Virus record (IMG/VR): IMGVR_UViG_3300043436_001222
Location: 1 to 30,621 of that record
Length of the DNA stretch: 30,621 nt
Reading direction: 5' to 3' (one strand)
From: a virus
Lineage: Duplodnaviria; Caudoviricetes
Shown: in pieces, positions 27,007 through 30,621 of the stretch
How positions within the stretch are numbered: position 1 is the stretch's first letter
Layout: each line of letters opens with the position of its first letter
Position numbers and translations under genes: made by a program
The notes under the pieces: generated by a model
Told to the model about the DNA's origin: nothing
The model's database searches: none
Seen by the model: only the letters and a program-made list of their open reading frames with translations

Positions 27007-28674
27007 ATGGCAAAGAAAAAAATAAGCGGACTGCCTGCTGGCAGCGCTCTAAATGGAACTGAGTTAGTGCCTATCGTTCAGACTGGCACAACTAAAAGAA
27101 TCACAACGCAGGACATTGCAAATTTAGGCAATGCAAGTGGCGTTGAGGGAACTGGCACAATCAATCGAGTTGCTAAGTTTACCGCAGCTTCAACGATTGG
27201 AAACTCTTTAATCAATGACAATGGGACAAGTGTTTGGACAAATGGCGGGGGCGCAATTGCAAGCAATACTGCTTATGGTCAAAGTGCTTTAACAAGCAAT
27301 ACCACTGGCACAGACAACGTAGCTTTTGGACTTTCAGCATTAAACGCTAATTTAATAGGAGCAAGCAACTCTGCTTTTGGACATGAGGCTTTAAAATTAT
27401 CGACTGGAAGTTTTAATACTGGAATTGGTAGGCACGCATTGACATCGAACACAACTGGTGCGTCTAATACTGCAATTGGAGTTGGTTCTATGTTTGGCAA
27501 TGTTGCGGGTGGAAACAATACGGCAATTGGTCAAAGTGCTTTGCGTTCAAATAATGCAAGCAATAATGTTGCCGTTGGTTTTGAGGCTGCTTTTACAAAT
27601 GCAAGTGGAACTGGACTAACTGCTATTGGATACCAAGCGTTAAGAGTATCAACTGGCAATAACAATACTGCGGTTGGTAATCAATCTTTGTTTGCAAACA
27701 CAACTGGAGCGTCAGTAACTGCAATAGGTTATCAATCGTTGCGTCAAAATACAACTGGCTCAAATAATATCGGTTTGGGGGATTCATCTTTGTTTAACAA
27801 TACAACTGGTTCGAATAATACTGCATTAGGAACTGGCGCTTTAGCCACATCAACTACGGCTTCAAACAATACCGCAGTTGGTCGCACCGCATTATTATTT
27901 AACACCGCATCTAACAACACTGCGGTTGGCTTTGAGGCTGCATATACTAACACAAGTGGAACTTTAACCGCAATTGGTTATCAAACATTAAAAGCAAACA
28001 CCACTGGAACAAATAATACCGCAATAGGAGATAGAGCATTAACTGCAAATACAACTGGTATAACAAATACCGCTATTGGTCAAGCTGCATTATTTACAAA
28101 TATTGTAGGTAATAACAATACTGCTATTGGAACAAGTGCTTTGTTTGCAAATACAGGGTCTGCAAATACTGCTATTGGTTCAAGTGCTTTGCTAAACAAC
28201 ACCGCAAGTAATAACACTGCGGTTGGTTTTGAGGCAGCAAGTGGAAATACAAGTGGTAGTTCAATAACTGCAATAGGATATAGAGCGTTAAAAGCAAATA
28301 CAACTGGCGGCAGCAATACTGCAATAGGGGATGTTGCATTAACTGCAAATACAACTGGGGCAAACAACACCGCAGTTGGATATTTTTCATTGGCAGGCAG
28401 TACAAATGCAGGTCAAAATACTGCAATTGGATATGGTTCATTTAGTTCAAATACAACTGGTCAAAATAATACTGGAATTGGATATAATGTGCAAACTGGA
28501 AACTTTAATGGTAGTGTTGTTATTGGTAGAGATGCAGTTGCAACAAATAATAATCAATTTGTTGTTGGAACGGCTGCAATAAATGCAGGTGCGGTAGCAG
28601 TAGAAGTAAATGCATCTTCAAAGGTTTGGAATGTAATAATTAACGGAGTAGCACAGAAAATATTATTAGCATAA
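27007..28674 (+). CDS. Fibre/adhesin with ~14-aa NTAxG repeats
   Basis: KKISGLP...VPIVQ N-terminal domain, then many NTTGxNNTAIGxxAL repeats resembling a YadA-head beta-roll. Confidence 0.8.
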   Translation: MAKKKISGLPAGSALNGTELVPIVQTGTTKRITTQDIANLGNASGVEGTGTINRVAKFTAASTIGNSLINDNGTSVWTNGGGAIASNTAYGQSALTSNTTGTDNVAFGLSALNANLIGASNSAFGHEALKLSTGSFNTGIGRHALTSNTTGASNTAIGVGSMFGNVAGGNNTAIGQSALRSNNASNNVAVGFEAAFTNASGTGLTAIGYQALRVSTGNNNTAVGNQSLFANTTGASVTAIGYQSLRQNTTGSNNIGLGDSSLFNNTTGSNNTALGTGALATSTTASNNTAVGRTALLFNTASNNTAVGFEAAYTNTSGTLTAIGYQTLKANTTGTNNTAIGDRALTANTTGITNTAIGQAALFTNIVGNNNTAIGTSALFANTGSANTAIGSSALLNNTASNNTAVGFEAASGNTSGSSITAIGYRALKANTTGGSNTAIGDVALTANTTGANNTAVGYFSLAGSTNAGQNTAIGYGSFSSNTTGQNNTGIGYNVQTGNFNGSVVIGRDAVATNNNQFVVGTAAINAGAVAVEVNASSKVWNVIINGVAQKILLA

Positions 28675-28883
28675 TGGAAACAATAGAAATAACACCAGAG
28701 CAAATTGCCCAGAATTATTCTGCGGCAATGGATAGCGTCAACCTTATTGCAGAGTTAAGAACAAAAGAAACTTTGACTGAAGAGGATGAGCAAACAATCC
28801 AAAGAAATGTTGAGCATTTGGAAATTATGTTAGCAAAAGATTATTGGACGAAAGAAGATTTAACACCTTTAAAAATAAAATAA
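28674..28883 (+). CDS. Small protein, possible fibre chaperone
   Basis: TAATG-coupled to the fibre gene. YSAAMDSVNLI...RNVEHLEIM. Confidence 0.55.
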   Translation: METIEITPEQIAQNYSAAMDSVNLIAELRTKETLTEEDEQTIQRNVEHLEIMLAKDYWTKEDLTPLKIK

Positions 28884-29035
28884 TGGATAACAAGTTAGCA
28901 AAACAAATCGTAAAAGAGGCATTGAATTTGGCAATCGCAAAAGGTTGTTTTAATTTAGCAGAGGTTTCAAGCATCGTGAAAGCAATTGACTTTTTAGATG
29001 AGCAACCAGATGTGGAATTTGGTAAAGTGGAATAA
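28883..29035 (+). CDS. Hypothetical protein (50 aa)
   Basis: TAATG-coupled start MDNKLAKQIVKEAL. Confidence 0.55.
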   Translation: MDNKLAKQIVKEALNLAIAKGCFNLAEVSSIVKAIDFLDEQPDVEFGKVE

Positions 29036-29041
29036 TTTAAC

Positions 29042-29063
29042 GGCGGTCGGGAAACTGGCCGCC
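29042..29063 (+). other. GC-rich GNRA hairpin before the tape measure gene
   Basis: GGCGGTCGG-GAAA-CTGGCCGCC without a long T-tract. Confidence 0.6.
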
Positions 29064-29078
29064 ATTTAAACAAAGGAA

Positions 29079-30621
29079 ATGGCAGACGAAAAGTCAATAG
29101 TTTATAATGTCGATATTCAATTCGGCGAACTCCAGAAAAATCAAGAAGAGATTAAGAAAAGAATTTCTGACTTGCGAGAGGAGCAATCAAAATTAGATGT
29201 TTCAACTAAAGAAAACCAAAAGGCTTTCAGGGATAATAACGCCCAGTTAAAAGCATTAGAGGGTCAATACAAGTTGAACGAAAAGTCTATTGGCGATTTA
29301 TCGAATGCCGAGAAAGCAAACACAGACACGACCAATTTTAATAACAACTCAATAAAACAAAATCGTGAGTTGCTAAAGGAATTGAATGCGGAATACATTA
29401 GACTTGCAAAGCCAACCAAAGAGCAAACCGATAGGCTTAGAAATTTAACCGATACTTTAAAGGCGCAGGAATCTGCCGTTGGAAACAATGTTCGAAATGT
29501 AGGTAACTACAAAGAGGCATTTGCAAGCGCAGCAGATGGCATTAAAGTTTTTGGAACTGGTTTGGGCTCTTTGTTTAAAATGATTTTAACCAATCCAGTC
29601 GGAGTCATTTTATTGGCGTTTACAACTTTGTTCTCAGTTTTACAAAAGTTCGAACCAATATTTGATTTTTTTGAGAGGTCATTAGCGGGCATACAAGGTG
29701 CGGTTACTGGCGCTTTAGGTAATATCACTAAATTATTGACATTGGATTTCTCTGGCTTTATTGATGGCGTTTCGAGCGCAGCAAGTGAGTCCTATCAATT
29801 GGCCGAAGCAATACAAGAACTCGAAGATAGAGAACGAGCATTTGGAATTGAGTCTGCAAAAAGTGAGGCTAAGATTAAAAATTTAATCATTCAGTCTAAA
29901 GACAGAACAAAAACTGAGCAGGAACGATTAGGGTTTTTAAATGAAGCGTCAAACATTGAAAAAAAGAACTTTGAAGAGTCTTTGGCAATAGCAAAAGAAA
30001 GTTTCAGAATTGCACAATCGCAATTAAAAATAGCTGAAAAGAATTTTCAAGCGAATGACGAACTTAGAAACAAAGCGGCCGAAGCCGAAAAGAACTTAAT
30101 AAATATTTCGTCATCGAGTGCGGATTTACAAGAAAAAATCACGAATAGAAAAAACCTATTAATCCAAACTGAAAACGAAGAGCGACAAAAATTGGCGGAC
30201 AAAAACAAAGCCAGATTAGAAAAGCAAAGAGCAGACGAGGAAAGGGCAATTGCTAAAGCGGCAAAACAACTCGAAGACTTTACCAAAAAAGTAACTGAGC
30301 AACTAAATGCAGAGCAAAAAGCCAGAGTTGACGCTTTTAATAATAATAAGGTAATTAATGAACTTAACAGAGCGCAATTTGAGGCTAATTTAAAACAACA
30401 ATTTGCAGATGGATTGTTAACCAGAAAGCAATATGATGACGCTTTAAAACAATCGCAGATAGATAGAAACAATGAGGAAATTGCACGTCTCGAAGAATTT
30501 AATGGAATTACTGGAGCATATGATGACCAAATAACTGCGCTAAAAATTGCTAATCAAAACCTTGTTACAGATAATAAGATTGCAAATGACAATGAGCAAA
30601 AGAAATTAGATGAGGATAAAT
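29079..30621 (+). CDS. Tape measure protein (3'-truncated; not in ORF track)
   Basis: MADEKSIVYNVDIQFGEL... reads on as long coiled coils with RNVGNY and a TNPVGVILLAF hydrophobic segment. I saw no stop before the window end. Confidence 0.8.
   Translation, partial: MADEKSIVYNVDIQFGELQKNQEEIKKRISDLREEQSKLDVSTKENQKAFRDNNAQLKALEGQYKLNEKSIGDLSNAEKANTDTTNFNNNSIKQNRELLKELNAEYIRLAKPTKEQTDRLRNLTDTLKAQESAVGNNVRNVGNYKEAFASAADGIKVFGTGLGSLFKMILTNPVGVILLAFTTLFSVLQKFEPIFDFFERSLAGIQGAVTGALGNITKLLTLDFSGFIDGVSSAASESYQLAEAIQELEDRERAFGIESAKSEAKIKNLIIQSKDRTKTEQERLGFLNEASNIEKKNFEESLAIAKESFRIAQSQLKIAEKNFQANDELRNKAAEAEKNLINISSSSADLQEKITNRKNLLIQTENEERQKLADKNKARLEKQRADEERAIAKAAKQLEDFTKKVTEQLNAEQKARVDAFNNNKVINELNRAQFEANLKQQFADGLLTRKQYDDALKQSQIDRNNEEIARLEEFNGITGAYDDQITALKIANQNLVTDNKIANDNEQKKLDEDK

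Noticed and set aside
27240-28560. Fibre repeats as a CRISPR array or DGR template/variable pair
   Set aside because: Repeats are in-frame, degenerate at synonymous positions and lack spacers. No reverse transcriptase or cas gene is present.
3410-30472. All minus-strand ORFs in the track (e.g. 17237..17788, 11712..12083, 30047..30472)
   Set aside because: They are shadows of well-supported + strand genes and carry no recognisable motifs.
1-30621. Stop-codon reassignment
   Set aside because: Genes are intact and densely packed under the standard code, and TAA, TGA and TAG all end genes.
1-30621. Prophage or temperate lifestyle call
   Set aside because: No integrase, att site or host genes are in the window, and an XRE gene alone is insufficient.

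Overview
This 30.6 kb window is a fragment of a tailed dsDNA phage genome, probably siphovirus-like with a Bacteroidota host. The host call rests on TAnnTTTG promoter elements, A-rich translation starts without Shine-Dalgarno sequences, and a u-spanin-like gene. All credible genes lie on the + strand and are tightly packed. Order: 5'-truncated tail-tube-like gene; a ~4.7 kb glycosyltransferase/methyltransferase cassette containing two small CxxC proteins; portal and head-completion genes; lysis genes (holin, GH19 endolysin, metallophosphoesterase, u-spanin); early and recombination genes (Rad52/Sak-like, YqaJ-like, XRE, NinB-like); replication initiator behind a three-hairpin kissing-loop leader; small accessory genes; HNH, RusA, terS, terL; tail genes, a repeat-rich fibre and a 3'-truncated tape measure gene missing from the ORF track. 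I found no integrase, tRNA, rRNA or CRISPR. Best leads: (1) a candidate virion-modification module (glycosylation plus a possible CxxC redox pair serving Cys-rich virion proteins); (2) the kissing-loop RNA before the replication gene; (3) intergenic inverted repeats with recurring ~16-18 bp spacers resembling resolvase sites; (4) an HNH gene apparently displaced by a self-promoted HNH; (5) apparent GATC avoidance. All family calls come from motif recognition by eye, not database searches.
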